DNA from: an uncultured Planctomycetaceae bacterium
GTDB lineage: Bacteria > Planctomycetota > Planctomycetia > Isosphaerales > Isosphaeraceae
Length of the DNA: 64,000 bases
Assembly: GCA_963833985.1 (NCBI GenBank)
Contig: CAWIAD010000001.1
Span: forward strand, 2,272,001 to 2,336,000
Reading direction: 5' to 3'
Notes under the pieces: generated by a model
Seen by the model: the letters and a program-made list of their open reading frames with translations, nothing else
Database searches by the model: none
Told to the model about the DNA's origin: nothing
Shown: piece by piece, positions 11,551-22,422 of the stretch
Numbering within the stretch: position 1 is the stretch's first letter
Layout of the letters: every line of letters begins with the position of its first letter
Program-made: the position numbers and the translations under genes

Positions 11551-12231
11551 GTGTCCGTGTCCAGTTACACGATCGAGGTGGTTGAATCGGCCCCCTTTGG
11601 CCAGAACGCCATGGTCCTCTGGCTAGAGGGCCGAACCGATGCCCTGGTGTTCGACCCCGGATTCGACACGCGCTCCATCCTTCAGCTCCTGGAGACCCGG
11701 CAGCTCGTGCCTGCCGCCATCCTGAACACACATGGCCACGTCGATCACATTGCAGGCAACGCGGCGATCAAGCAGGCGTATCCCCTTGCGCCGTTGATCA
11801 TTGGACGTAACGAGCGGGCTGCACTGTCCGACGCAGACATCAACCTCAGCCGGCCGTTCGGGATCCCGATTACCAGTCCTCCGCCGGATCGGCTCGTGGA
11901 CGAAGGCGAATCCATCGAGCTCGCCGGCTTCGTCCTGGAGGTCCGGGAGATCCCCGGCCATAGCACCGGCTCGGTGGTCTTTGTTTGCCACTCCCACAAG
12001 CCTGCGTTCGTCATCGGTGGCGACGTCCTGTTCGCCGGCTCGATCGGCAGGACCGACCTGGGGGGAGATTACCACCAGCTCATGTCCGGCATTTTCGCCA
12101 AGCTCATGACTCTTGCGGACGACACCCTCGTGTATCCCGGCCACGGGCCGGTCACGACCATTGGCGAGGAGCGGCACAGCAACCCTTTCCTTCTGGACTT
12201 CGCCCGGACCCAGCCGCGGCCACGCGCTTGA
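11551..12231 (+). CDS. MBL-fold metallo-hydrolase (glyoxalase II/YcbL-like)
   Basis: THGHVDH, PGHS.GS, GDVLFAGSIGRTD, YPGHGPVTTIGEE; GTG start after AAGGA. Confidence 0.9.
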   Translation: MSVSSYTIEVVESAPFGQNAMVLWLEGRTDALVFDPGFDTRSILQLLETRQLVPAAILNTHGHVDHIAGNAAIKQAYPLAPLIIGRNERAALSDADINLSRPFGIPITSPPPDRLVDEGESIELAGFVLEVREIPGHSTGSVVFVCHSHKPAFVIGGDVLFAGSIGRTDLGGDYHQLMSGIFAKLMTLADDTLVYPGHGPVTTIGEERHSNPFLLDFARTQPRPRA

Positions 12232-12286
12232 CGAGGCGGTCCGCAACCGGCTTCCGCACCCAACCGACCCGAAGCACCAGGTGGTC

Positions 12287-12991
12287 ATGAACGTCTGGGC
12301 CATCTCCGACCTGCACCTCTCGTTCGCGCGTCCGGAGCCGCGCGAGCGCTATGCGGCGCGCTGGCGCGATCATGCCGCCAAGATCGAAGCGCAATGGCGG
12401 CTCGCCGTCGGGCCCGATGACCTGGTCTTGCTTCCTGGCGATCTGTCGATGGCTCGCAACCATCGCGATCTGCAACCAGACCTTGCGTGGCTGGACCAGC
12501 TCCCGGGTACGAAGGTTCTTTCCGCGGGAAACCATGACGGCTGGTGGAACGGCGTGCAGCAGATCCGCCCGCTGCTGCGCCAGTCGCTGTGCGCGGTGGG
12601 CGGCGATGCGCTCGAGGTCCGCGGCGTGATCGTCTGCGGTACCCGGGGCGTGGAGCCCACGGTGGAGGACCCGCCGCCCGAACAGCAAGCGCTCATCATG
12701 CACGAGCTGGGGGAGCTCGAGCGTGCCCTCGAACAGGCCAGTCAGCTTCGATCCGCTCCGCGGCAGCCGCTCTACCTGCTCTGGCACTACCCTCCATTCG
12801 ACACTTTCGGCCGGCCGGGCCCCTGGGTCCAGCGGTTCGAGGCGGCCGGCGTCACCGCATGCTTGTATGGGCATCTGCACATGGCCAGCCAGTGGTCGCG
12901 CACCGTGCAGGGGAACCTTCGCGGCGTGCGTTACTACTGCGTCGCTGCGGATGCCGTCGGCTTTCGCCCGCTGCGCATCGACGTCTGGTGA
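12287..12991 (+). CDS. Calcineurin-like metallophosphoesterase
   Basis: ISDLH, PGDLS, GNHD, HYPP and YGHLH motifs. Confidence 0.9.
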   Translation: MNVWAISDLHLSFARPEPRERYAARWRDHAAKIEAQWRLAVGPDDLVLLPGDLSMARNHRDLQPDLAWLDQLPGTKVLSAGNHDGWWNGVQQIRPLLRQSLCAVGGDALEVRGVIVCGTRGVEPTVEDPPPEQQALIMHELGELERALEQASQLRSAPRQPLYLLWHYPPFDTFGRPGPWVQRFEAAGVTACLYGHLHMASQWSRTVQGNLRGVRYYCVAADAVGFRPLRIDVW

Positions 12992-13467
12992 GCCACGGAC
13001 TTTTCCCGTGCTGAACTCCCGAGGTCCCCGCGCAGGGAGTCAATCCCGGATCTCAGAAGTACCTGGCACCTCAATTCTGGGAAGGCAGGTATCACATCAC
13101 CGGTCACGACGGGTTCCGGACTTGCTGGAATTGCGCCGAGGCTCATGGTAAACGATGTTGACTCCGACCCGCTGATTCGACGGCCAGTCGGCGAACAAAG
13201 ACTCGCCAGCCGGAATGCCAACTGGACTTCCCTTTTTTACAAAGGTGACCCGAAAAGGAGTGGCCGGGTTGACATCTCTTTCCAAAAGCGATAACGCCGT
13301 GAAAACGAACCGGAAACCCGGAAAAAAAAGGGCCGCAAGGGTTTATGATCTGACATGAGGCCCCCGTGAAAGCTCCGGCATGGAATGTGCTCTTATTCTA
13401 TATCGTTGGTCAAAATGAAGGTCGACAGGACCTTTCCCACAGATTTTACGACAACCGGGAGACTCTC

Positions 13468-13656
13468 ATGCTGGTTCTGAGCAGGAAGCTAGGCGAGAAG
13501 ATCGTCATCGGTGACAATATCGTGATCACCGTGGTCAAGATTGACCGGAACCAGATTCGCGTGGGCATCGAAGCGCCGCACGATGTTCCGGTGTACCGTG
13601 AGGAAATCGCACCGCAGCGTACCGGCAAGGCCGCGTTCGAGGAGCTGGCGGTCTGA
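13468..13656 (+). CDS. csrA: Carbon storage regulator CsrA
   Basis: MLVLSRKLGEKIVIGDNIVITVVKIDRNQIRVGIEAPHDVPVYREEI is a canonical CsrA sequence. Confidence 0.95.
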   Translation: MLVLSRKLGEKIVIGDNIVITVVKIDRNQIRVGIEAPHDVPVYREEIAPQRTGKAAFEELAV

Positions 13657-13698
13657 CGCAAAGCGTGCCGGTGGTGAGCACCCACACGATCGCGCCCA

Positions 13699-14580
13699 TC
13701 ACTCGGGCCACACGCTGCTGAGTGCCGCCTTGACCTTTCGGGCGGCCGCATTGGCGTCCAATCCCGCGAGTGCGCCACATTGACTCAGCGGCTCAACGGT
13801 GATGGGGCCCGCATATTCATCCCTCCCGAGACTCTCCAGTAAATCGCGACACCTGCCCATGCCGGTCCTCGACGGCAAGTCGCGTTCATGATCGAGCAGA
13901 ACATTTCGGTCTGACCTGGCCGGATCGGCCAGGTGCACCCAGACCACTCGATCCACACCCCAGATCAGGCCAGTCTCCACCCCATCTCCCGAGGCAAACA
14001 GGTGGAACGCGTCCACGAGTAGACCCACATTCGGATGTCTCTCGCGCAGCCGGCCAAGTCGGTCAGAGAGCCGTCGATAGCTATCGATAAAGATCATCCC
14101 GCGTCCCTGCCGCGCCGTGGCCGGGCCCATGATCTCCAGGCCGAGCTGAACGTTATGTTCCGCCAGGACCATGGCGATCCTGCCCAGCCTGTCCAGGTGC
14201 ATCTCGACGGCCTGCCGCAGGATCTCGGCATCGTTCCTACCGGGAAACTGCTCCATTGAGGCCGCGGGCAGCACCCACGTACCGGTTCGCATCAGGCCGA
14301 GCTCCGCAGCAACCTGCGCGTAGAGCGGTAATCGGCTCAAGTCTTCCGTGAACGCCAGCTCTCCGTGCCGCCAGTTCATCGGTAGAGGCCAGGCGCCCCC
14401 GCGCAGGCCCAGCGCGTCCATTCGATCCCGCAGGCGGCACGGATCTTCACCGGATTCGACAAGGTCGCGAACCAGCAAGTCAACCCCCTGAAATCCTGCC
14501 CGGGCGGCGATTTCGACCGTATCGCTCGCAGGCAGGCTCACCCCCACGGCACGTGCGTTCCAGGAGGCATACATGGGCAC
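13699..14580 (-). CDS. Sugar phosphate isomerase/epimerase (xylose-isomerase-like TIM barrel)
   Basis: AARAGFQGVDL, LGLE, GLLVDAFH, WVHLAD, YAGPITVEP. Confidence 0.85.
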   Translation of the reverse strand: MPMYASWNARAVGVSLPASDTVEIAARAGFQGVDLLVRDLVESGEDPCRLRDRMDALGLRGGAWPLPMNWRHGELAFTEDLSRLPLYAQVAAELGLMRTGTWVLPAASMEQFPGRNDAEILRQAVEMHLDRLGRIAMVLAEHNVQLGLEIMGPATARQGRGMIFIDSYRRLSDRLGRLRERHPNVGLLVDAFHLFASGDGVETGLIWGVDRVVWVHLADPARSDRNVLLDHERDLPSRTGMGRCRDLLESLGRDEYAGPITVEPLSQCGALAGLDANAAARKVKAALSSVWPE

Positions 14581-14888
14581 CGTTCCATTCCGTGTGCGAT
14601 TCCGCTCAGATCGGCGAGACTGCCTCGTCCGTCGCGGATTTTAAGCAGTTACGGCGGACGGCGCACAGGCGGTTGCGGATCGCGACGTGCGATCCTGACG
14701 CCTGCAAGGAACGTTTCGGCGGCAGGGCAGGTCGCTTCAGGTGCCAGTCGTCCTACCCCTTGGCGCAGGCTCTGGAAAGGAACAGAATTCATCTTTCCCT
14801 GCGGCTCGGCAGGAAACCGATGGGAAGGTCAGTCCGGGCGCGGAACCTTCAACGGTTTCCACGGGCCAGGATGCGAGGCAACGTGGTG

Positions 14889-17642
14889 ATGCTGGCAACC
14901 TGGATCGAGACGGCGGCGAAGGGCCGGGGTGGCGGCCCGATCCGGGCCGGCATGTGGTCAGCAGCGGTGATCGGGACGCACCCCGTCGAGGACAATCAGC
15001 GGGTCTGGCTGGAGATCCTTGCCGACGACCTCGATCTGGGCCGCATCCCGGCCTACTGGATCGAGAACAAGGCGGGCAACAGCTTCTGGCACGCACCCAT
15101 TCCGCCGCAGGCTGTCGGTGTACGGCTGCATTACCGCTCTGTTGCCGAACACGAGGGTCAAGACACAGCCTTCAGTGCCCACCAGGACTCGATCGTGCGG
15201 CCCAACCTGCCGGACCGCACCGAGTCTCCCGATCTGCTCGGTGCAGCCGCTGAGGGACTGGTCGGCAACCGGATGATGACCGTCCGTATTGATGGCCGCG
15301 GCTCGACCTACGACGTCTATTTCCCGACCGTGGGATTGCATTCCAATGTCCGGCCCCGGGAGGGCGACCTGCCTCAGAGCCGCTCGCACTTTCGGGCCAT
15401 CGTGGGCGGCCTGGCCATCGGCCGCCGGCTCGACTGGTTCACCGAGCGTGCCGCCTGGGATTCGTTCCAGAACTACTCGGGAGTGACCAATCTCCTGACG
15501 ACCGAGCTCACCTGGCGACACGGGCCGATCCGGGTCCTGATCACCGACTTCGTGGCCATGGGCGAGAATATTCCCAGGAATGCCGGTCGCGAGCAATCCC
15601 CGGGGCAGTACATCAAGCGTTTCCGGATCACCAACGAGGGGAGTGAGCTGCGCCAGGCCATGATTGCCGTCTACGTCCAGGCCGAAATCAATGGCGGCGT
15701 GGGCGATATTGGGCTCTCCTGGCACGACCAGTACCGCGCCCTGCTGGCCATCAACCGCGGCCACGGCCACTCCAATCGGAAGCTGGCACGCGATTCCACC
15801 ATCGAGTTCTCGCTGGCTCTCGACCCCCGGGGCGACGTGGACTGCGAGCCAACCGGCCCGAACGAGGCCATCCTCTACCGCTGGATCGAACTACCCGCCG
15901 GGAAGCCGATTTCCGTCGATCTTCTGGTCAGCGGCGCCTTCACCGGGTGGAATGGCGATCGGGGCACCTTCGAGCACTGGCTAAGGCCAGCGCTCACGTG
16001 GTTTCGGGCCCCCGAAACCGACCTGAACCACGTTGAGCAAACCACGGCCCTGGAATGGGATCGCTTCGTCGAGCCGGTTCCCGATCTGCACTTCCCGCGC
16101 GCCTCGTACGCCGTCAGCCTGCGTCGTTCCGCCCTCGCGGCCGCGCTGCATGCGGACTCCGAGCATGGGGCTGTGGCCTCGGGGCTGGATCGCGGGCTCT
16201 CGGCCTATTGCTGGCCGCGCGATGCCCTCTGGGTCGGTGGCGCCATGGAACGACTGGGCCATTCCGAGATCAGCCGCGGCGTGCTGCTCTGGCTGAACAA
16301 GGTCCGCTCCGCGCACCTCCCGTTCCTCTACTGGTTCCAGAAGTACTCCATTGACGGCGTTCCCGAATGGGAAGCTCCCGCCATTGACCAGACGGCGATG
16401 ATTCCCTGGAGCCTGGAACGCTACTATCGTCAGACAGGAGACCTGGATTTCGTTTCCAGCGTGTGGCCCATGGTTGAGCAGGCAGCGCGCGTGTGCCAGG
16501 GCGACTCCGGCGGCCATCCCGGCCTGCGCATGGACGGTACGCTCAACCTGATCTACTCCGCGAGCATGGGCGATCAGATCTTCGGCGCCTTCCTCTACTC
16601 CAACGCCTGCGTGGTAGCCGGTCTGCGGGCGGCGGCCAGGATGGCCACCCTGGTTGGCAGGGAGGAGACGGGCAAGCAGTGGCAGGCCTTCGCCGAGCGG
16701 ATCTGGAGCCAGGGGATACTCCGGGAGCCGTCGACTTCCGGCCACAATTCTCCCGGCATGGTCGATCCGGAATCCGGGCGGTTTCTCAGCGGCCGCAGCA
16801 TCTCCATGCTCCGCGACCTCTGGACGAGCCATCCCGATTACTCGCTGGACCGTTCCGACAAGCTCAAGGTCAGCATGCTCGGCCTGGCCGTACCGCTGGG
16901 TCTCTTGCCGGCGTCGGACCCGCGCCTGGTGAAGACCGCGCAGTCGATTCTGCGCTCCAACAACAAGGTCAGCGGCGATCCCGACGTGCTTGCCCGCTCC
17001 TCTTACGAGCCCAACCCTGGCGGGCTGAAATCGCTCTCCCACGTGCAGCAGGAGGTCTCCAGCCTGGCGACCTTCTGGATGGTTCGCTACCTGCTCCAGC
17101 TTGGCCGGGAGACCGGTCAGGGCCGGCACTGGAACAGGGCCATCGCCATGATCGAGGCCATCCTCACGCGAATGTCCCCCCTGGGCATGGTCCTCCGCCC
17201 CACCGGCCGGGGCCCGGAATCCGCGCGAGTGGTGGCGAATCCGGGTGGTAACGCCTGGCGGCTGCACGCCATGCTCATCAACACCATGCTCGATCTGGGC
17301 GGACTGGAGTATGACGCGGTCGATCGCCGGCTCACGCTTCAGCCGATCCTGCCGGGGCCCTGGCCTCAAACCGGCATCTCGCGGACATTCCCTTGCGGCA
17401 AGATCTCGTTCCGCCTGGAGCGTCCCATCGGCGGCAATGTCCACCGCCTGCGACTGGAGGCAGACCTCACCGTCCCGGTGATGCTCCATGTCAAGATGAC
17501 CTGCCCCGGCCTTGCCGAGATCGGGCCCTGGCACTCCACGCCCGCCACGCAGGATCCGAAATTCGACGCGGGGACCAGCAGACTATGCTGGTCGGTGCGC
17601 CTCCCCTTCGGCATCTCCGAGTGGAGCTGGACCTGGGGATGA
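14889..17642 (+). CDS. Glycoside hydrolase family 15 (glucoamylase-like) protein
   Basis: GLVGN, YFP.VG, YCWPRDA, WFQKY..DG, IDQTA, YSNACV.AGL..AA, (alpha/alpha)6-barrel pattern. Start uncertain. Confidence 0.8.
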   Translation: MLATWIETAAKGRGGGPIRAGMWSAAVIGTHPVEDNQRVWLEILADDLDLGRIPAYWIENKAGNSFWHAPIPPQAVGVRLHYRSVAEHEGQDTAFSAHQDSIVRPNLPDRTESPDLLGAAAEGLVGNRMMTVRIDGRGSTYDVYFPTVGLHSNVRPREGDLPQSRSHFRAIVGGLAIGRRLDWFTERAAWDSFQNYSGVTNLLTTELTWRHGPIRVLITDFVAMGENIPRNAGREQSPGQYIKRFRITNEGSELRQAMIAVYVQAEINGGVGDIGLSWHDQYRALLAINRGHGHSNRKLARDSTIEFSLALDPRGDVDCEPTGPNEAILYRWIELPAGKPISVDLLVSGAFTGWNGDRGTFEHWLRPALTWFRAPETDLNHVEQTTALEWDRFVEPVPDLHFPRASYAVSLRRSALAAALHADSEHGAVASGLDRGLSAYCWPRDALWVGGAMERLGHSEISRGVLLWLNKVRSAHLPFLYWFQKYSIDGVPEWEAPAIDQTAMIPWSLERYYRQTGDLDFVSSVWPMVEQAARVCQGDSGGHPGLRMDGTLNLIYSASMGDQIFGAFLYSNACVVAGLRAAARMATLVGREETGKQWQAFAERIWSQGILREPSTSGHNSPGMVDPESGRFLSGRSISMLRDLWTSHPDYSLDRSDKLKVSMLGLAVPLGLLPASDPRLVKTAQSILRSNNKVSGDPDVLARSSYEPNPGGLKSLSHVQQEVSSLATFWMVRYLLQLGRETGQGRHWNRAIAMIEAILTRMSPLGMVLRPTGRGPESARVVANPGGNAWRLHAMLINTMLDLGGLEYDAVDRRLTLQPILPGPWPQTGISRTFPCGKISFRLERPIGGNVHRLRLEADLTVPVMLHVKMTCPGLAEIGPWHSTPATQDPKFDAGTSRLCWSVRLPFGISEWSWTWG

Positions 17643-17657
17643 CATGGCCGGCACGGC

Positions 17658-18485
17658 TCACGGACCCAGTGGCAGTGGGCGGCTCAGAAAATCGGCCAGA
17701 GCGCCGGCACTTTGCCGGGCCGCGTGGTTCGCGGGAAACCAGCACCCCCGGACCCGCCCGCGGAGAACGACCCCTTTTTCCAGCTCGTGGCCGAACAGCC
17801 CGTAGCGAACCTGAAGCGGCAGCTCTGCGCTCTCGGCGTGACCTGGAGGTGCGACGCAAATCCTCCGGGCGACATCGTGCGGATGGACCAGCTCCAGGTA
17901 GCGGTAGGTTGAACCGGCATGTCGCCCCTGCATGACCACCTGTTCGAAACCAGGCTCGCCGGGACGGAGAGGCGGCAGGGTATGCAGCCGGGCCAGCTCG
18001 TCGGGCGGCGTACGGCCATCATAGCTCAGTCCGGCCGAACGCGCGTCACGCGGTCTCACCCAGAGCAAGAGCGAGCCGGCCGGCGCGTCCGCCGCGCCGC
18101 TCAGCGACGTTTCGACGAACACTTCGAGCCCGATCAACTCGCCAATCGAAGAGGTTACGACCTGAACCTCCAGATCGATGCCCTCGCGCCCGTTGCTTGC
18201 GGGGGCCCACGCGGCGCGTAGCTCCAGTCGGCTCCAGTCGCATGGGATGTACGTTGCCTCGATCCGCTGCCCGACCCGCTCCACCCGGACCAGCGACCTG
18301 CCACCGATCGCGCCGGCGTCGCATCGGCCGGCGACGGACAGTGCGCCCATGGCCAGGGCATGTTCCTCCGGCCGCGTCGCCGGCCTCAGCCCGGGACGCT
18401 CGGCATCGAGCTGGAGCGTCCAGGACTCCTCACCCCACGTGATCGTGTAGCTGGCTCCCGAACCTTGCCAGATCTGCTCCGACAC
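17658..18485 (-). CDS. Conserved-looking hypothetical protein
   Basis: GTG start after AAGGGGG RBS; C-terminal LFGHELEKGVVLRGRVRG motif; coding-like codon usage. Confidence 0.7.
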   Translation of the reverse strand: MSEQIWQGSGASYTITWGEESWTLQLDAERPGLRPATRPEEHALAMGALSVAGRCDAGAIGGRSLVRVERVGQRIEATYIPCDWSRLELRAAWAPASNGREGIDLEVQVVTSSIGELIGLEVFVETSLSGAADAPAGSLLLWVRPRDARSAGLSYDGRTPPDELARLHTLPPLRPGEPGFEQVVMQGRHAGSTYRYLELVHPHDVARRICVAPPGHAESAELPLQVRYGLFGHELEKGVVLRGRVRGCWFPANHAARQSAGALADFLSRPLPLGP

Positions 18486-18523
18486 GCGGATGTTCCCCCT
18501 TCTCGGGCGACAGGACAAAGCAG

Positions 18524-18561
18524 AAAACCCCATCGACCCGTATGACTACGGATCGACGGGG
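18524..18561 (-). terminator. Intrinsic terminator hairpin (15-bp stem, U-tract)
   Basis: Minus strand CCCCGTCGATCCGTA-GTCA-TACGGGTCGATGGGG-TTTTCT. Both non-Watson-Crick positions are G-U pairs only on the minus strand. Confidence 0.75.
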
Positions 18562-18646
18562 CCGGAACAGAGAAGAGGCCATATGAACGAAGCCGATGCT
18601 TCGGCGGGCCGGAGAGGCATCAGACCATATCGCTTCACGGCCAGCA
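18524..18646 (-). ncRNA. Candidate ~120-nt small RNA or attenuator leader
   Basis: Bounded by a promoter (18653-18680) and a terminator; long imperfect 5' hairpin 18577-18642; no credible ORF. Confidence 0.45.
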
Positions 18647-18652
18647 TAGATA

Positions 18653-18680
18653 AAAGTATCCAATGTCCTTGTGTTGTCAA
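18653..18680 (-). promoter_or_regulatory. Sigma70-type promoter
   Basis: Minus strand TTGACA-N16-TACTTT in an AT-rich patch. Confidence 0.55.
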
Positions 18681-18783
18681 GGGGCTGGCACTGCTCTGAA
18701 CATTTTTCTGCTCGTGGCGCTCGCTCTTGCCAACTTGTTTCGCGAACCTCGACTCGCGTCTCGACCGCGGTCACGAGACCGCT

Positions 18784-21608
18784 TCAGCGGGTCATCCGGG
18801 CTATCCGGAAACGATGCGGGCCAGCAGCCGTGACGCGCGGAAACTGGTAGTAGTGCGCCTCGGTGTCGCGCGGACTGATCAGGAAGCCTGGCTCCTCCCG
18901 CACATGAAGCCGTGTACCCCCGGGCACCGGTTCAATCGTGTCCAGCGTCCAGGCCCGGCTGGTGCCGTCCGCGTGATCGATGATCAACGTTCTGCCGGCA
19001 AGCGAAGGGTCGTCATGCAGCTTTTCCGGAGTAACGAACCAGCCCAGACTGTGAGGCCCCGGTGCGCGAACACCCGACGTGATCGTGCCTGCGACGGGCG
19101 CCTGCCAGACGACACGCCCCGAGCCCTCGGCGAAAGTGCCTCCCGCCAGCGCCAGCTCGTCCTCGCGCACTCGCACCGCCAGGCCGTCGAACGAGACAAA
19201 TCGCCCGCCAGGAAGCGCGACGCGGCGGGTTGTTCCCGGCTCGAGGTTGATCATCACATACTCCAGGCCGTCGCCCGTTTCCACCCGCAAGGCAACAACA
19301 TCCGGAGGCGTGGAGACCCGGCCAACACCGCGGAGCGGCTCGATGCCAGCACCCGCCGGCTCGAACAGGGTCACAAAGCACGATTTCAGACTGGCTCCCT
19401 GAGCCCCTGCTCGCCGCACGATGAGGCTCGACCGCCAGGGCTCAGCGCCCGCCTTGCGGCCCGCCTGGCCAGCCCGGGTCGGGTCCGGACTCTCAGCCGC
19501 GATCAGGGTGACGGACGTGTCGCCGAGCAGGTGCAAGCGGACCGTCGCCGCGCCGTCGCGCCGGGACGACGATGCGCCCGGGGAGGGCGGAAGGGCAAGA
19601 TCAACCATACCAGGCACTGCAAGGCTCGTTTGCGCGAGCGGCCGGAACTCGCCGTACGACTGGACGAACCAGCGTCCCGTATCGGCCCGGGCTTCGGGCA
19701 GAAAAGTGATGGACGCGGGGAGCAGGCTGCGCGGAACCGGAGCGACCGGGCCGGGCAGGATCCAGGTCTCTTCGCGTCCCGGCGCCGCGTGGAAGAACTG
19801 ATCGTGCTGCGACCCGCCGTGCACCTCGAACACCGAGATCGCGTAGGTCGAGCGCCGGCTGGCCGTCGCGATCACGGTGTGGCGATACCGCGTCGCCGAG
19901 CGCGGATAGCGCGCGGATCCTCGGCGCTTGCAACCTGGAAGTCAGGGTCGGCCGCGAAGAACAGGAACCGGCTGCCGGCCGCCGGCGTGTGAGCCAGGCG
20001 GGGGGTCTCGCGCTGGTTGAGCCCGTCGATGACCACCGTGTTGTGACTGGCCGTCGCCAGCTCCCAGCCTCGGGAAGTGGCGCTGTTCTCGTCCAGATCA
20101 TCCAGAACCGGTGTGCCCGCCACGGCCAGCCGCAGCGCCAGTCGCTGGAAATGCGGCCCGCCGTAAGTATCCAGACCGCGCAGATCCAGATCGAGTGCCG
20201 TCCTGCCCTGGCCCAGGGCGAGCCGGGCCACGCCAGCCCCACCCAGAAACAGCGGGCGGCGGGCGGCCGCAGTGGCTCCAGACCTCCAGGAAGCCTGCCG
20301 GAGCTGAGGATCCTGCGTCCCCATGCTCTTCATGCCGCTGGCCGATTGGGCCAGTTCCAAGAACGAATGGCCCGGGCCCGCTGGCAATCGCCCGGCCGAG
20401 GGCTGCGCGGTCGCCCCGGCACGCGCAGCTTCTGGAGATTCCAGTTCCATGAACGGCATCACGCCCACCCAGCCGTCCAGCAGATCGACCACCCGGCGCT
20501 GCGCCTGGCTCTGGGCCTCACGCCACATGCCGTCGTGGTAGAAGCTCCTGCGCAGGAAGCCATCAAGCCGGGATCGCGCTTCGATCACCAGCGCCTGCTC
20601 GCCGGTCAACCGTCCCACGGCGACCAGTCCCCGGTAAACGTGCAACGATTCCTCCGAGAACTCCTCCGGCTGGGCCCGCGTGAACTCGGCCGCGGCACGC
20701 AGGAAGTCGCGCTCGACCGTCTTGCAGGGCGCAGGATCTTCAAGCAGCCTGCCGGCGTCACTCCATGCAGGATCCTGGCGCAGCAGGGCATAGGCGATGA
20801 GCAGGTTCATCGGCACATCGAGGCAGCCTTTCCACTCCCACTTTCCTGTCTGGTAATTTCGCCGGTAAGGCGGTTGCAGCCGCGCGGGCTGGAAGTACTT
20901 CGGGCCGTCCGGCTGATCCAGATGCGTGGCGTAGGCGGGATAGACCTGGGCGAACCTGAGCATCAGAACGCAGGCCCGCAGGGCGAGCATGTGATCGCGG
21001 GCCGCTGGCGGCTGGGCCCGGTACTCGGCAGCGGCGTAGAGCGCGGCCTTCGCCAGGTACTTGCGCTTCTCGTAGTCAATTCTCGCCTGAAGGTAAAGCC
21101 GCTCATCGGGATAGCGCGTCTTGCCTTCCTCGACGGCATGGTAGGGGTAATGATGGATGAGCCCCGGGAGCACCTCGACGGTCTCCTCGGGCGGTTCTTT
21201 CTTGTCGCCCTTGGCCGGATACTTGCCGTTGGGAACAACCACCCCACAGCGCCGGCATTTGAGGTGAGCGGGCTCCGCCAGCGACCAGACCAGTGGTTCG
21301 TCACGCTCGGCGGCCCCGCAGTCTGGGCAGCGGCAGAATCGCAGACCGGACTGAGCCGGAACCAGATCGGCGAGCGGCTTTGGCTGAAGCTTCAGGAAGG
21401 CTTGCCCGCCGGGACTGGCCCAGAAGCGGGCCCGCCACGCGGCCGGTATCTCGGTCTTGCCCAGCAGATCGTCCGTCGCGGTAGTGGACGGGGCGGCTGG
21501 AGGAGGGGCTGCGAGCCCGGCCGGAAGGACCGGTAGAAAAGAGTGGATGAGAACGACGAGCCAGCGGCATCGCGCCCGGGACCTGGCCCGGGGCTGATTC
21601 GCGATCAC
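18784..21608 (-). CDS. Heparinase II/III-like secreted protein (frameshift ~19910)
   Basis: Signal-like segment, CRCPDC...CRRC motif, helical N-part, ASHNTVVIDG motif, beta-rich C-part in 18784..19875. Start uncertain. Confidence 0.75.
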
Positions 21609-21726
21609 GCGAGCGCCCTGCCGGCAGCCCGCGCGAATCCCTTTGACGCTGCACGTTCCATCGTTTGGCATGGCGAGCATTCCATTGCCGGGATGAGGCA
21701 GGCAGCCGCCTCACGCGAACCTTCGA

Positions 21727-22023
21727 TCAAACTTCAGGGCTTGCTTCCCCCACGGGCACGAGCTCCGTGTCCTTGCGGCCGTGCTGGAGCAGGAAGAGAG
21801 ACACTTGGCCGACGCTCTCGCCATCGGCCAGCCGCAGCCCATCGCGGTTGCGGCGTGCCCGGTCGAGCTGCGCATTGCGATGGACCTCACAGGCCAGCCC
21901 GTAGTTCTTCAGCTCACGACTCGTGCCATCGCTCCAGGCCGCGGCCACCTTGAACCGGGCCGGCTCCTGGCAGCCGGGATGCGAGCACCTGGGACGATAG
22001 CAGAAGTTGAGTGGCTCGGCCAT
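21727..22023 (-). CDS. Small hypothetical protein with Cys/His (possible Zn-binding) motif
   Basis: MAEPLNFCYRPRCSHPGC...AWSDGTSRELKNYGLACEVH; RBS AAAGGGG before ATG. Confidence 0.75.
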   Translation of the reverse strand: MAEPLNFCYRPRCSHPGCQEPARFKVAAAWSDGTSRELKNYGLACEVHRNAQLDRARRNRDGLRLADGESVGQVSLFLLQHGRKDTELVPVGEASPEV

Positions 22024-22422
22024 GTCTGCCCCCTTTGATTTTACAGCAGAGCGAAAGCGCACCATGACGCGGCGACGCACCCGCGCGCTTCCGATAAGTC
22101 TACCCCGCACGAACCGACGGCGATCGTACCCCCTGCTCCCAGAAGTGGCAACCGCCCAGCGTTCCCACCGCATGAAGCACTCACGAGCTGCAAGGAAGCA
22201 GAAACGGCGAGGAACGTACAGGCAATCAGGACGATATGGCACGCTCTCGCGTACCGGGTACGCCTCGGCACGCAGGGCGAGTCTGCCCGACGTGGACACT
22301 TCTCTGTTCGGACCGGCGTTCCACGTCCTGGGCAAGGCGGCGCAACGGTTCAGGTGCAAGGGGCCAGGCACCGCGCGGGAAGCTGGATTCACGCGGACGA
22401 AGTCCCAGCGGGTACCTATGCA

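Noticed and set aside
9364..12231. 955-aa ORF ending in an MBL domain
   Set aside because: The upstream part is antisense to rimI and DUF1571; the real gene starts near 11551.
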